Shown here piece after piece: positions 31,819-41,860 of a DNA stretch of 64,000 nt. The notes beneath the pieces were generated by a model that ran no database searches, was not told the origin of the DNA, and worked only from the letters and a program-made list of their open reading frames with translations. Position numbers and translations under genes: made by a program. Position 1 is the stretch's first letter, and the number at the start of each line of letters is the position of its first letter. The DNA comes from Obrimoposthia wandeli (lineage: Eukaryota), in NCBI GenBank assembly GCA_977020255.1, contig CDROCS010000122.1, positions 682,001 through 746,000 of the forward strand, written 5' to 3'.

Positions 31819-33458
31819 ATAGCCGTTTTAGCACCACACTTCCCGGCGTATTCAGCGCTGGGTTGATTCTCTTATTGGTGATCAGTGCGATTACAGCATT
31901 GATCAGCCAAGCATCCGAGTTGAACCCTTTTCTTATTTGGCAGGATCCTTACCTTCGTCACGTCACTGTATTCAGTTTTACTCAGGCATTTCTCTCTACA
32001 ATATTAAGCCTGATCCCTGCCATACCCATTGCTTATGCCTTATCACGTCGCCAATTTGTTGGCCGTAACTTGTTGCTCCGTTTATTTGCGATGACCTTAG
32101 TGCTTCCCGTGTTGGTAGCTGTCTTTGGCTTGCTCGCCATTTATGGCAAAAGTGGCTTACTGGCAGAGCTTTTTGGTTTAATCGACCAACCGCTTCCTTT
32201 TAGTATCTATGGCTTAAACGGTATTTTACTCGCGCACGTTTTCTTAAATTTACCACTGGCAACCCGTTTATTATTACAAAGCCTTGAAGGTATTCCAGCT
32301 GAACAACATAAGCTTGCCGCCCATTTAGGCTTAACCGGTTGGAATAAATTCCGTTTCATTGCTTGGCCGCGTTTACGTCAGCAAATGCCCCATGTAATCG
32401 GCTTAGTGTTCATGCTGTGTTTTACCAGCTTTGCCGTTATTATGTCGCTGGGTGGTGGGCCCAAAGCCACCACCATTGAGCTCGCCATTTATCAAGCATT
32501 ACGCTACGACTTTGATTTGGCAGCCGGCGCTATTCTTGCCATCTGGCAAATGCTGATTTGCTGTAGCTTAGTCTTGTTTACTCAACGCTTTACTAAACCC
32601 CTTTCGACCCTGTCAGGCTCAATAGAACAATCGCCACAGAATTACACCGATAGCAAATATGAAAAGATCTGGGATGGCTTCTGGATTAGCTGCATTTTAT
32701 TGTTGGTGATCCCGCCTCTTTTGGCCGTTGTTGGGGCTGGCTTAAACAGCCAACTACTTCAACAATTAAGCCAACCAGCATTGTGGCAAGCTGTCACTAA
32801 TTCATTAAAAATTGCCATGTTGGCCTGTTTTTTCGCAACCTCTGCGGGTATCGCTATTTTATTAGCCAGCCGACACTGGCGAATCCAGCAACAGCAATTT
32901 AAAGCCGACGGTATAGAGTTGCTCGGCACTATGATTTTGGTCACACCCAGTCTGGTGTTGAGTACGGGAATATTTCTTTTGCTACGCCAATATACCGATG
33001 TCTTTGCGACAGCATTCTGGGTGGTGGTAACCGTGAATGCATTGATGGCACTACCCTATGTAATTAAGACCCTAAGCCAACCCATGCTGCACGTCGCTCA
33101 ACAATATAATCCGTTATGCCACAGCCTTGGTATGAGCGGCCTATCACGCCTGAAGTTGGTCGAGTGGCGAGCCTTGCGTAAACCCATCGCGCAGGCATTA
33201 GCCATTGGTTTTGTTTTATCGTTAGGTGATTTAGGGGCAATCGCTTTGTTTGGTAGCCAAGATTTCCAAACATTGCCCCTGTATTTATTCCAGCTGCTGG
33301 GTAGTTATCAGATGGACGCTGCGGCTGTGGCAGCTTTGCTATTACTACTGCTGAGTTTAGGATTATTTAGCCTGGTCGAACACGTATTGATAAGCAGCCC
33401 TAAAACACAGAACTCTCACCGCACTCTGTTTAAACGCAGTAAAGTAGGACGTCGATAA
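31815..33458 (+). CDS. thiP: Thiamine ABC transporter permease
   Basis: Two permease repeats, WQDPYL and LGGGPKATTIELAIYQAL; TTG start. Confidence 0.94.
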   Translation: MNSRFSTTLPGVFSAGLILLLVISAITALISQASELNPFLIWQDPYLRHVTVFSFTQAFLSTILSLIPAIPIAYALSRRQFVGRNLLLRLFAMTLVLPVLVAVFGLLAIYGKSGLLAELFGLIDQPLPFSIYGLNGILLAHVFLNLPLATRLLLQSLEGIPAEQHKLAAHLGLTGWNKFRFIAWPRLRQQMPHVIGLVFMLCFTSFAVIMSLGGGPKATTIELAIYQALRYDFDLAAGAILAIWQMLICCSLVLFTQRFTKPLSTLSGSIEQSPQNYTDSKYEKIWDGFWISCILLLVIPPLLAVVGAGLNSQLLQQLSQPALWQAVTNSLKIAMLACFFATSAGIAILLASRHWRIQQQQFKADGIELLGTMILVTPSLVLSTGIFLLLRQYTDVFATAFWVVVTVNALMALPYVIKTLSQPMLHVAQQYNPLCHSLGMSGLSRLKLVEWRALRKPIAQALAIGFVLSLGDLGAIALFGSQDFQTLPLYLFQLLGSYQMDAAAVAALLLLLLSLGLFSLVEHVLISSPKTQNSHRTLFKRSKVGRR

Positions 33459-34196
33459 GTGAATACCACCATGATACAGCTCGATCAACTCAACCATTGC
33501 TATACCCATCAGGGCAATGCCTCTCACAATGAATCGTTATTGATGTCTTTCGATCTTATCGCCAATAAAGGCGATATCATTGCGTTAATCGGCCCAAGTG
33601 GCGCAGGTAAGAGTTCATTGCTTGCCATGATTGCAGGTTTTCTTAAACCAGATAGCGGTGAACTGCACCTCAATGGCGATCTCATCACCACACAAGCACC
33701 CGCCGATCGTCCGTTATCGATGTTATTTCAAGAACATAATTTATTCCCGCACTTAACGGTGTTTGAAAATATTGGTTTAGGTATTCATCCGGGATTAAAG
33801 CTATCACGCCAAGATAAAGAGAATATTGTGGTGGCCGCCTCAAGAGTTGGGGTGAATAAATATCTTGATCGCCTACCAGAACAACTTTCTGGCGGTCAAA
33901 AGCAACGCGTCGCATTAGCACGTTGTTTAATTCGTCAGCGCCCGTTGTTATTACTGGATGAACCTTTTTCGGCATTGGATCCCGCATTAAGAAAAGAAAT
34001 GCTGGAGCTAGTCAAACATATTGCCCGAGAGCAAAAAATCACCGTCTTAATGATCACCCATAGCCCAGACGATGCCCTAAAAATATCCAATAAATGTGCT
34101 TTTATTCATAATGGAAAAATACGCGTATTTGGCCCAACCCAACAAGTGCTGGGTGAGCCAAAAGATGAAGCTTTAACGCAATATTTAGGATGTTAA
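33459..34196 (+). CDS. thiQ: Thiamine ABC transporter ATP-binding protein
   Basis: GPSGAGKS, LSGGQKQR and LLDEPFSALD; start may instead be ATG 33471. Confidence 0.94.
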   Translation: MNTTMIQLDQLNHCYTHQGNASHNESLLMSFDLIANKGDIIALIGPSGAGKSSLLAMIAGFLKPDSGELHLNGDLITTQAPADRPLSMLFQEHNLFPHLTVFENIGLGIHPGLKLSRQDKENIVVAASRVGVNKYLDRLPEQLSGGQKQRVALARCLIRQRPLLLLDEPFSALDPALRKEMLELVKHIAREQKITVLMITHSPDDALKISNKCAFIHNGKIRVFGPTQQVLGEPKDEALTQYLGC

Positions 34197-34215
34197 AGAA
34201 GACACACTAAGGACA

Positions 34216-35592
34216 TTAAAGATTTTCTTCCGCAAATTCAGCAAGACGACTGCGGACGACCCCATTGAGGTAGATATTGGCACTACCTTCAAAATTCTTA
34301 AAGCGTTCAACAATATAGGTAAGACCCGAGGTGACGGGTGAAAGATAACTGGAATCGATCTGCGCTAGGTTGCCCGAGCAGACCAGCTTGGTGCCTTCAC
34401 CACATCGAGTAATGATGGTTTTAATTTGAGAGGCAGTTAAATTTTGGCATTCATCCAGCAATACAAACGCATTCTGAATAGAACGACCACGCATGAAGTT
34501 TATCGATTTGAACTGAATATTGGCTTTATCAAAAATATATTTCATTGAGCCATCAGTACACACATCGTTTTTATGCAATGCTTCCATGGTATCGGTTACC
34601 GCGGCTAACCATGGCATCATTTTTTCTTCTTCTGTTCCGGGCAAGAAACCAATCGATTCGGCGATTTCAGGCGTATTACGTGTAACAATTATCTTGTCAT
34701 ACATGCCTTTTTCAATGACCTGCTCAAGCGCGGCCGCCATCGCCAATATGGTTTTACCACAACCCGCAGGCCCCGTAAGGATCACTAAATCAATATCGGG
34801 ATCTAACATCGCATCAAGTGCCATACCTTGATACACATTTTTAGGGTGAAGACCCCATGCTTGACGATGCATCAACCGATCATGACCAATATCTTTAACG
34901 GTAACACTATCATCATCAATACTTTGAATTCGACCAGTGAAATCACCGCCATCATCTAATAAGTATTGATTAATAAACGGTGTTTCAAAGAGGCTTCTCG
35001 GTAATGTGTGTACCGTTGAACGCCCTCTATTTTCAGAATGACACTCTGCAACACCTTCCCAAAAACGTCCTTCAAAGCGATGATAACCTTTCGTCAGTAA
35101 CTTAATATCATCAATTAACTGATCAGAACGATAATCATCTACATGGCACACACCCGCTCCTTTGGCACGTAAGCGCATATTAATGTCTTTCGTTACCAGT
35201 ACAACATCACGAGGGGCATGTTGCTCTTGCAAATATAAGACACCATTAAGAATACGGTTATCGCCCGCTTTATCAGAAAAAGCCTGAACCGTTTGTTTTA
35301 TTTCATAATCAGCAAATATCGCAACCGTGCCTTTTTTACCCATTTGGTTAGTGAATGGAATACCGGCCGATATTTGTTCTGGGGTTGCGTCGTGGAAGAT
35401 ATCTTCTAACGCCCGAATGGCAACACGAGCGTCACGAGAGACATCTCGCTTACTATCTTTGATGCGGTCTAACTCTTCCAGCACTGTCATTGGTATGACA
35501 ACATCGTGCTCTTGAAATGAATAAATAGCGAGAGGTTCGTGAAGTAGAATATTCGTATCTAGTACAAAGATTTTCCGTTCATAATCGTCCAT
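34216..35592 (-). CDS. PIN domain plus PhoH ATPase protein (PhoH2 type)
   Basis: PIN motifs FVLDTNILLH, VLEELD, LVTKDINMR; P-loop GPAGCGKT, FMRGRS, DECQN; start set at ATG 35592 (SD AGGAGG). Confidence 0.9.
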   Translation of the reverse strand: MDDYERKIFVLDTNILLHEPLAIYSFQEHDVVIPMTVLEELDRIKDSKRDVSRDARVAIRALEDIFHDATPEQISAGIPFTNQMGKKGTVAIFADYEIKQTVQAFSDKAGDNRILNGVLYLQEQHAPRDVVLVTKDINMRLRAKGAGVCHVDDYRSDQLIDDIKLLTKGYHRFEGRFWEGVAECHSENRGRSTVHTLPRSLFETPFINQYLLDDGGDFTGRIQSIDDDSVTVKDIGHDRLMHRQAWGLHPKNVYQGMALDAMLDPDIDLVILTGPAGCGKTILAMAAALEQVIEKGMYDKIIVTRNTPEIAESIGFLPGTEEEKMMPWLAAVTDTMEALHKNDVCTDGSMKYIFDKANIQFKSINFMRGRSIQNAFVLLDECQNLTASQIKTIITRCGEGTKLVCSGNLAQIDSSYLSPVTSGLTYIVERFKNFEGSANIYLNGVVRSRLAEFAEENL

Positions 35593-35733
35593 AAGCACCT
35601 CCTTGGAAACAGTCTGATAGCAATCAAATTACTATCACTCTTAAAGCGTAAGCCAAAATGACTATTGTTAATAATCTAAGTTTTGTCGTTACTATTAAAG
35701 ACCGGAGATTTTTAAATAAATGTGACAATGAAA

Positions 35734-35779
35734 ACTGTAAGGCGGATTGATCACTTTCACCGTGACCTTAATCACATCA
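35734..35779 (-). promoter_or_regulatory. CRP site plus -10 element of the PIN-PhoH gene (class II geometry)
   Basis: CGTGA-CCTTAA-TCACA (35761-35776); minus-strand TACAGT at 35739-35734 places the site centre at -41.5. Confidence 0.6.
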
Positions 35780-35909
35780 TGCAGTACCATGACTTCCCTT
35801 TTTACCGTGGCGAATTCTGGCTTACACTTAATACCAGTGTAGACCAAAAAAAATTCTACCGGGTTACACATTCTCCGATATATCAAATAATTAGAAGGCT
35901 TTTACTACT

Positions 35910-38828
35910 ATGCCATTTACTTTGGGCCAACGTTGGATCAGTGATACTGAAAGTGATTTAGGTTTAGGTACTGTTGTTGCTGAAGATAAGCGAACAGTTT
36001 CCATTATGTTCTCCGCCTGTGAAGAGAGCCGCCTGTATGCACGAAGTGATGCTCCAGTTACCCGTGTAATGTTTAATGTTGGTGATGTAGTTGAAAGCCA
36101 TGACGGCTGGTCACTCGACGTAAAAATCGTCGAAGAAAATGACGGTGTTTTCACTTATATTGGTACACGTACGGACACTGAAGAAGAAAACGTAAAGTTA
36201 CGTGAAATCTTCCTAAGTCACCAAATTCGCTTTAACAAACCACAAGATAAATTATTTGCGGGCCAAATCGACCGTATGGATCGTTTTGCCTTACGCTACC
36301 GCGCCCTTACCAATCAATATGAACAACATAAGAGCCCATTACGTGGCCTGTGTGGTATGCGTGCAGGTTTGATTCCTCACCAGTTATTCATCGCTCATGA
36401 AGTGGGTCGACGTTACGCACCCCGTGTATTACTTGCAGATGAAGTCGGTTTAGGTAAAACGATTGAAGCCGGTATGATCATCCACCAGCAAGTGCTTGCA
36501 GGTCGTGCTGAACGTATTCTGATTGTTGTGCCTGAAACGCTTCAACATCAATGGCTTGTTGAAATGATGCGTCGTTTTAACTTACATTTTTCTATTTTTG
36601 ATGAAGAACGTTGTGTCGAATCACTTGCAGATGCAACTAACCCATTTGATACCGCTCAATACGTATTATGTTCGTTAGATTTCTTGCGTAAAAGTCGCCG
36701 TCGTTTCGAACAAGCACAAGATGCCGATTGGGATTTATTGGTTGTCGATGAAGCACACCACTTAGAGTGGAGTGAAGATAAGCCAAGCCGCCAATACCAA
36801 GTGGTTGAAGCCTTAGCGGAAGCAACACCCGGCGTCTTACTGCTAACGGCAACACCAGAACAACTTGGTCGTGAAAGTCACTTTGCTCGTCTACGTTTGC
36901 TTGATCCAGACCGTTTTTATGATTACGAAACCTTTGTAGAAGAAGAACGTCAGTACGCCCCAGTTGCAGAAGCCGTTACTCGCTTGCTTTCTGGTGAGAA
37001 AATCGATGATGACGCCAGAAAAACGTTAATCGATTTGCTGTCAGAACAAGACATTGAACCAAAGCTTCGCCTTATCGAGTCTAGCGATGTTGATGATGAA
37101 CACGCACAAACCGTGCGTCATGAATTAGTTGATAGCTTGATGGATCGCCATGGTACGGGTCGCGTATTGTTCCGAAATACACGTGCTGCGATTAAAGGGT
37201 TCCCTGAACGTCATCTCAACATGTACCCGCTAGAACTGCCTTCGCAGTATAAAACAGCGATGCGTGTTTCTAACATGATGTCTGGCTCTATATCGACGGA
37301 ACAAAAAGCCATTAAACTGCTTTACCCTGAAGATATTTATCAAGAATTCGAAGGTGAGTCAGCAACATGGTGGAACTTTGACCCGCGTGTAAACTGGTTA
37401 CTGGATATGCTAAAAGCAAACCGTAACGAGAAAGTATTGGTTATTTGTTCTCGCGCACAAACAGCCTTAACCCTAGAGCAAGCATTACGTGAACGTGAAG
37501 GTATTCGTGCGACGGTGTTCCATGAGGGCATGTCGATTATCGAGCGTGATAAAGCAGCGGCTTACTTCGCACAAGAAGATGATGGTGCTCAGGTATTGTT
37601 ATGTTCAGAGATCGGCTCTGAAGGGCGTAACTTCCAATTTTCAAATCAGTTAGTGATGTTCGATTTACCGAATAACCCTGACTTACTTGAGCAACGTATT
37701 GGTCGCCTTGATCGTATTGGGCAGCAGCGTGATATTGAAATTCATGTGCCGCACCTAGAAGGTACGTCTCAAGCCTTGCTCGCGCATTGGTACAACGAAG
37801 GCTTAAACTCTTTTGAAGAAACCTGTCCTACTGGCCGTGCTGTCTATGAAGCCGTTAGTGACGATCTGATCGCGCTATTAGCATGTGAAACACATGAACC
37901 AGAAGCCCTAGAAAACTTGATTGAAAAAAGTGCAGCAATGCACCACGAGTTGAAAGCGAAATTGGATCAAGGTCGTGACCGTCTATTAGAGATCCACTCA
38001 AACGGTGGTGATGCAGCCAATGATCTCGTTACTCGGATTGCATCACAAGATGGCGGAACCAACCTGGTCGCTTTCTCTCTGGGTTTGTTTGATACCATTG
38101 GTTTGAACCAAGATGACAAAGGTGAAAATGCCATTGTCGTGACCCCTTCTGAGCACATGATGGTGGCAAGCTACCCAGGCTTACCTTACGACGGCTGTAC
38201 AATCACCTTTGATCGTGAAACAGCACTATCGCGTGAAGACTTGCACTTTATTAGCTGGGAGCACCCAATGATTCAAGGTGGTATTGATTTACTGCTGTCT
38301 GAAGGTGTTGGTGCTACAGCCGTTTCATTATTGAAAAACAAAGCATTACCTGCCGGCACGCTACTGCTAGAAATGGTTTACGTGGTTGATGCACAAGCTC
38401 CGAAATCATCAGGTATTGGTCGATTCTTGCCGAAAACACCGATCCGTATTTTACTGGATGCGAAAGGTAACAACCTATCAAACAAAGTCGCATTTGAAGG
38501 TTTCAACCGTCAGCTAAGCCCGGTAAATCGACACCTAGCAAGCAAACTGGTTAACTCGGTACAAAAAGAGATTCACGTTTTAATTGCTCAAGCAGAACAA
38601 GAAGTCGCCAAAGAATTAGTGACCGTTCGCGAATCTGCACAAATTGAAATGGAAAACAGCCTACAAGCTGAATTAACCCGTCTTCAGGCACTAAAAATGG
38701 TGAATCCCAATATTCGTGATGATGAATTAGAGCTAATTAAAAGCCAAATTCAAGATCTTACTGGCTACATTGGTAAAGCACAAATACAACTGGATTCATT
38801 ACGTCTCATTGTTGTTAGCCATAACTAA
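35910..38828 (+). CDS. rapA: RNA polymerase-associated SNF2-family protein RapA
   Basis: [36 protein letters not shown] and [11 protein letters not shown]. Confidence 0.98.
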   Translation: MPFTLGQRWISDTESDLGLGTVVAEDKRTVSIMFSACEESRLYARSDAPVTRVMFNVGDVVESHDGWSLDVKIVEENDGVFTYIGTRTDTEEENVKLREIFLSHQIRFNKPQDKLFAGQIDRMDRFALRYRALTNQYEQHKSPLRGLCGMRAGLIPHQLFIAHEVGRRYAPRVLLADEVGLGKTIEAGMIIHQQVLAGRAERILIVVPETLQHQWLVEMMRRFNLHFSIFDEERCVESLADATNPFDTAQYVLCSLDFLRKSRRRFEQAQDADWDLLVVDEAHHLEWSEDKPSRQYQVVEALAEATPGVLLLTATPEQLGRESHFARLRLLDPDRFYDYETFVEEERQYAPVAEAVTRLLSGEKIDDDARKTLIDLLSEQDIEPKLRLIESSDVDDEHAQTVRHELVDSLMDRHGTGRVLFRNTRAAIKGFPERHLNMYPLELPSQYKTAMRVSNMMSGSISTEQKAIKLLYPEDIYQEFEGESATWWNFDPRVNWLLDMLKANRNEKVLVICSRAQTALTLEQALREREGIRATVFHEGMSIIERDKAAAYFAQEDDGAQVLLCSEIGSEGRNFQFSNQLVMFDLPNNPDLLEQRIGRLDRIGQQRDIEIHVPHLEGTSQALLAHWYNEGLNSFEETCPTGRAVYEAVSDDLIALLACETHEPEALENLIEKSAAMHHELKAKLDQGRDRLLEIHSNGGDAANDLVTRIASQDGGTNLVAFSLGLFDTIGLNQDDKGENAIVVTPSEHMMVASYPGLPYDGCTITFDRETALSREDLHFISWEHPMIQGGIDLLLSEGVGATAVSLLKNKALPAGTLLLEMVYVVDAQAPKSSGIGRFLPKTPIRILLDAKGNNLSNKVAFEGFNRQLSPVNRHLASKLVNSVQKEIHVLIAQAEQEVAKELVTVRESAQIEMENSLQAELTRLQALKMVNPNIRDDELELIKSQIQDLTGYIGKAQIQLDSLRLIVVSHN

Positions 38829-38850
38829 TGCAACCCTTTTAATCTAGGTT

Positions 38851-38888
38851 CAAAAGCCGTGTACCAGTCTATTCTGACGCGGCTTTTG
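38851..38888 (+). terminator. Hairpin between rapA and rluA
   Basis: CAAAAGCCGTG...CGCGGCTTTTG. Confidence 0.6.
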
Positions 38889-38920
38889 TCTTTAATTACC
38901 TCTATTTTTCAGAGTAAATA

Positions 38921-39622
38921 ATGAAACCGTTACCACATTTAGACTACCACCCACCGACTGACCCTTGGTTAGATATTCTTCATCATGATGAAGACATTAT
39001 CATGTTAAATAAACCGTCTGGATTACTATCTAATCCAGGTCGAAACCCTGAGCATTACGATAGTGTGTATAGCCGTGTTTTGCGTGATTACCCAGAAGCA
39101 CATATTGTTCATCGCCTTGATATGTCCACCTCTGGTTTGATTATGTTAGCGGTAAACAAAGATGCTGAGCGTCATTTGCATGCACAGTTTCGCGAACGTG
39201 CGACCCAAAAAGTCTATTATGCCCGCATATGGGGACATCCAGACCAAGACACGGGTACGGTTGATTTACCCTTGATTTGTGATTGGCCGAATAGACCTAA
39301 ACAAAAAGTCTGTTACGAAGACGGAAAACCATCGGTAACACATTACGAAGTGGTTGCTCGTGAAGCGCAGACCACATTGGTTCGTTTACACCCTATCACT
39401 GGTCGCTCACACCAGCTTCGTGTACATATGCAAGCTTTAGGTCATCCTATAATTGGTGATGAGTTTTATGCCAATGACGAAGCGAATGCCATTGCTGATC
39501 GCCTGCATTTGCATGCCGCCGAAATTGCTTTTACACATCCAGGCACCAAAGAACCCATCCACTTTTTTGCACCCTGTGAGTTATTTCCTGATGTGCCGAT
39601 GAAAACCATCGAATTCCTCTAA
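38921..39622 (+). CDS. rluA: 23S rRNA/tRNA pseudouridine synthase RluA
   Basis: NKPSGLLS, HRLDMSTSG and TGRSHQLRVH; follows rapA. Confidence 0.95.
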   Translation: MKPLPHLDYHPPTDPWLDILHHDEDIIMLNKPSGLLSNPGRNPEHYDSVYSRVLRDYPEAHIVHRLDMSTSGLIMLAVNKDAERHLHAQFRERATQKVYYARIWGHPDQDTGTVDLPLICDWPNRPKQKVCYEDGKPSVTHYEVVAREAQTTLVRLHPITGRSHQLRVHMQALGHPIIGDEFYANDEANAIADRLHLHAAEIAFTHPGTKEPIHFFAPCELFPDVPMKTIEFL

Positions 39623-39722
39623 GCAGATCAAGAAAAATAATATCAAGCCTTGAGAGTTCATCCAGATTTGGTCTTAATATGAATGATTCACTATTCATTA
39701 CGATCAAATCGGATTGGCTCCC

Positions 39723-40730
39723 ATGAAAAACCATTCACCCATTGAACAACCTTCGATCTCTGAAAAAGCCTCTCTCACTCAAAAAATAGTCTTTCTCGAC
39801 CGTGCCACCATCCCCGAGCATATTCAGCTACCATCGCCTAACTTCCCCCATGAATGGCAAGAATACGCAACGACAAAACCCGAGCAAGTCATCAAACGTT
39901 TGCAACATGCCACTATCGCGATCGCCAATAAAGTCATTCTGAATGCCGATGTGTTGAGTCAATTACCCCAACTAAAAATGATCGCGATCTCGGCAACAGG
40001 CACAAACAATGTCGATTTGGTGTACTGCCACCAGCACAACATTACGGTGGCAAACATTCGAGGGTATGCAACAAACTCAGTGCCGGAACATGTGATCGCC
40101 ATGATGTTCGCATTAAAGAGAAACCTGATGGGGTATCATCAAGATATCCAAGCAGGAGTTTGGCAACAGAAGAAACAGTTTTGTTTTTTCACCCACCCGA
40201 TTTCAGATATAGCAGGCTCTACCCTCGGCATTATTGGTAATGGTGGCTTAGGGCAAGCTGTAGCGACGCTAGCTAAAGCGTTAGGTATGGAGGTGTTGTA
40301 TGCGGAACATAAAGGAAAAGAAACCTGCAGAGACGGTTATAGTGCTTTTGATGACGTCATTAGTCATGCCGATGTCATTACCCTGCACTGCCCTTTAAGT
40401 GAACAAACCCATAATCTGATCGGCAACGATGAATTCAATCGAATGAAGCCTAATAGTATTTTGATTAATGCTGGTCGTGGTGGGTTGGTCGATGAAGGTG
40501 CATTAGTGAGTGCATTAAAAAATGGTGATATTGCGGGGGCCGGGGTTGACGTATTTACCCAAGAGCCTGCTGATATGAGCAACCCTTTACTTGCCAACGC
40601 AAATTTACCCAACCTGATTCTAACACCGCATGTCGCTTGGGGCGCAGACTCTGCTATTCAAACACTGGCCAACCAATTAATGGATAATCTTAATGCCTAC
40701 GTCGCAGGAAAGCCTCAAAATATTGTCTAG
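39723..40730 (+). CDS. D-isomer-specific 2-hydroxyacid dehydrogenase (glycerate dehydrogenase-like)
   Basis: GIIGNGGLG NAD site, LINAGRGGLVDE, DVFTQEP, TPHVAW; start 39723 or 39714 uncertain. Confidence 0.9.
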   Translation: MKNHSPIEQPSISEKASLTQKIVFLDRATIPEHIQLPSPNFPHEWQEYATTKPEQVIKRLQHATIAIANKVILNADVLSQLPQLKMIAISATGTNNVDLVYCHQHNITVANIRGYATNSVPEHVIAMMFALKRNLMGYHQDIQAGVWQQKKQFCFFTHPISDIAGSTLGIIGNGGLGQAVATLAKALGMEVLYAEHKGKETCRDGYSAFDDVISHADVITLHCPLSEQTHNLIGNDEFNRMKPNSILINAGRGGLVDEGALVSALKNGDIAGAGVDVFTQEPADMSNPLLANANLPNLILTPHVAWGADSAIQTLANQLMDNLNAYVAGKPQNIV

Positions 40731-40758
40731 TCTTTACGTTTAGAGCGTTCAATGGTCG

Positions 40759-40790
40759 AAAAAAAACGAGAGCTTAAGCTCTCGTTTTTT
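40759..40790. terminator. Bidirectional terminator
   Basis: AAAAAAAACGAGAGC-TTAA-GCTCTCGTTTTTT between convergent genes. Confidence 0.9.
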
Positions 40791-40847
40791 AGATTACATT
40801 CGATAGTAACCATACTCTTTATTCGCTACACCGTTGATTACAGCGTA

Positions 40848-41687
40848 TTACTTAAAGCCTTTTTCTTTACGGATCATATCGTAAGCCGCTTGAAGCTCTT
40901 GCGCTTTTTGGTTCGCAATTTCCATCATTTCTGGTGGTAACCCTTTTGCTGCAAGCTTATCAGGGTGATGTTCATTCATTTGTTTACGGTAAGCACGCTT
41001 TACTTCTTGCGACGTTGCACTTTCCGTTATACCCAGTATCTCATAAGCATCCGCTAATTGATCACGGGTTGGCGCTTGGTTAAATCCACCGCCATGCTGC
41101 TGATTAAACCCACCTTGCTGAAAACGAAATGCCGCTTCTTGCATGTGTAAACGCTGCTCTAACTGACGCTCAGAGAAACCTAAACTACGCGCAATAACAT
41201 GTAATAGCTGGCGTTCATTCTGGTGCAACGAGCCATCAGCAAATGCCGCTTGAATTTGCAACTCTAAAAAGAACTGCAGTAAATCGGCTCGTCCCGCACA
41301 ATTTTGACGGACCTTTGCTAAAGTTTCCTCTAAAGGGAATGCATCTTCTTTGCCTTCACGAAATGCATTTTGCGCCTGACGACGAGCTTCTCCATGCAAA
41401 TTCATCCGATCCATAATGGCACTGGCAACACGAATTTCTTCTTCTGTTACGTGTCCTTTGGCTTTTGCCATATGACCCATAACAGCAAAGCCAGCATAAA
41501 AGAATTCGGCTTGACGTTCCTCACTGTTCGCTCGGTTGGTGCCAAAACCACCAAAGCCGCCGCCACGATAAACATTTCTTCGTGCCTTATCGAACTTATG
41601 CCCTAAAAACAGACCTAATAGCAATCCAAATGGACCACCAAGAAGGAAACCAAAAAATGCGCCTAGAATTTTGCCCCACACTTGCAT
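40848..41687 (-). CDS. djlA: DnaJ-like membrane co-chaperone DjlA
   Basis: MQVWGKILG TM start, TerB-like middle, C-terminal J domain with HPD. Confidence 0.96.
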   Translation of the reverse strand: MQVWGKILGAFFGFLLGGPFGLLLGLFLGHKFDKARRNVYRGGGFGGFGTNRANSEERQAEFFYAGFAVMGHMAKAKGHVTEEEIRVASAIMDRMNLHGEARRQAQNAFREGKEDAFPLEETLAKVRQNCAGRADLLQFFLELQIQAAFADGSLHQNERQLLHVIARSLGFSERQLEQRLHMQEAAFRFQQGGFNQQHGGGFNQAPTRDQLADAYEILGITESATSQEVKRAYRKQMNEHHPDKLAAKGLPPEMMEIANQKAQELQAAYDMIRKEKGFK

Positions 41688-41860
41688 TCTATACTCTCTG
41701 GTAATTTGTTAAATTTATTCAAGGTTTACTCGACACTGTGGCCTGAAAAGATGCCGTCGAGATAAATTTGCATTATGATAGCTGTCATTTATCGGGAATG
41801 CTTGTAAAAAGCGCAACCAAATAGCTAAGCGCCATAAACTGAGACAGGAATGTTAACCAG

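Noticed and set aside
35722-35961. 79-aa track ORF upstream of and overlapping rapA
   Set aside because: No SD; it overlays the CRP site and divergent promoters
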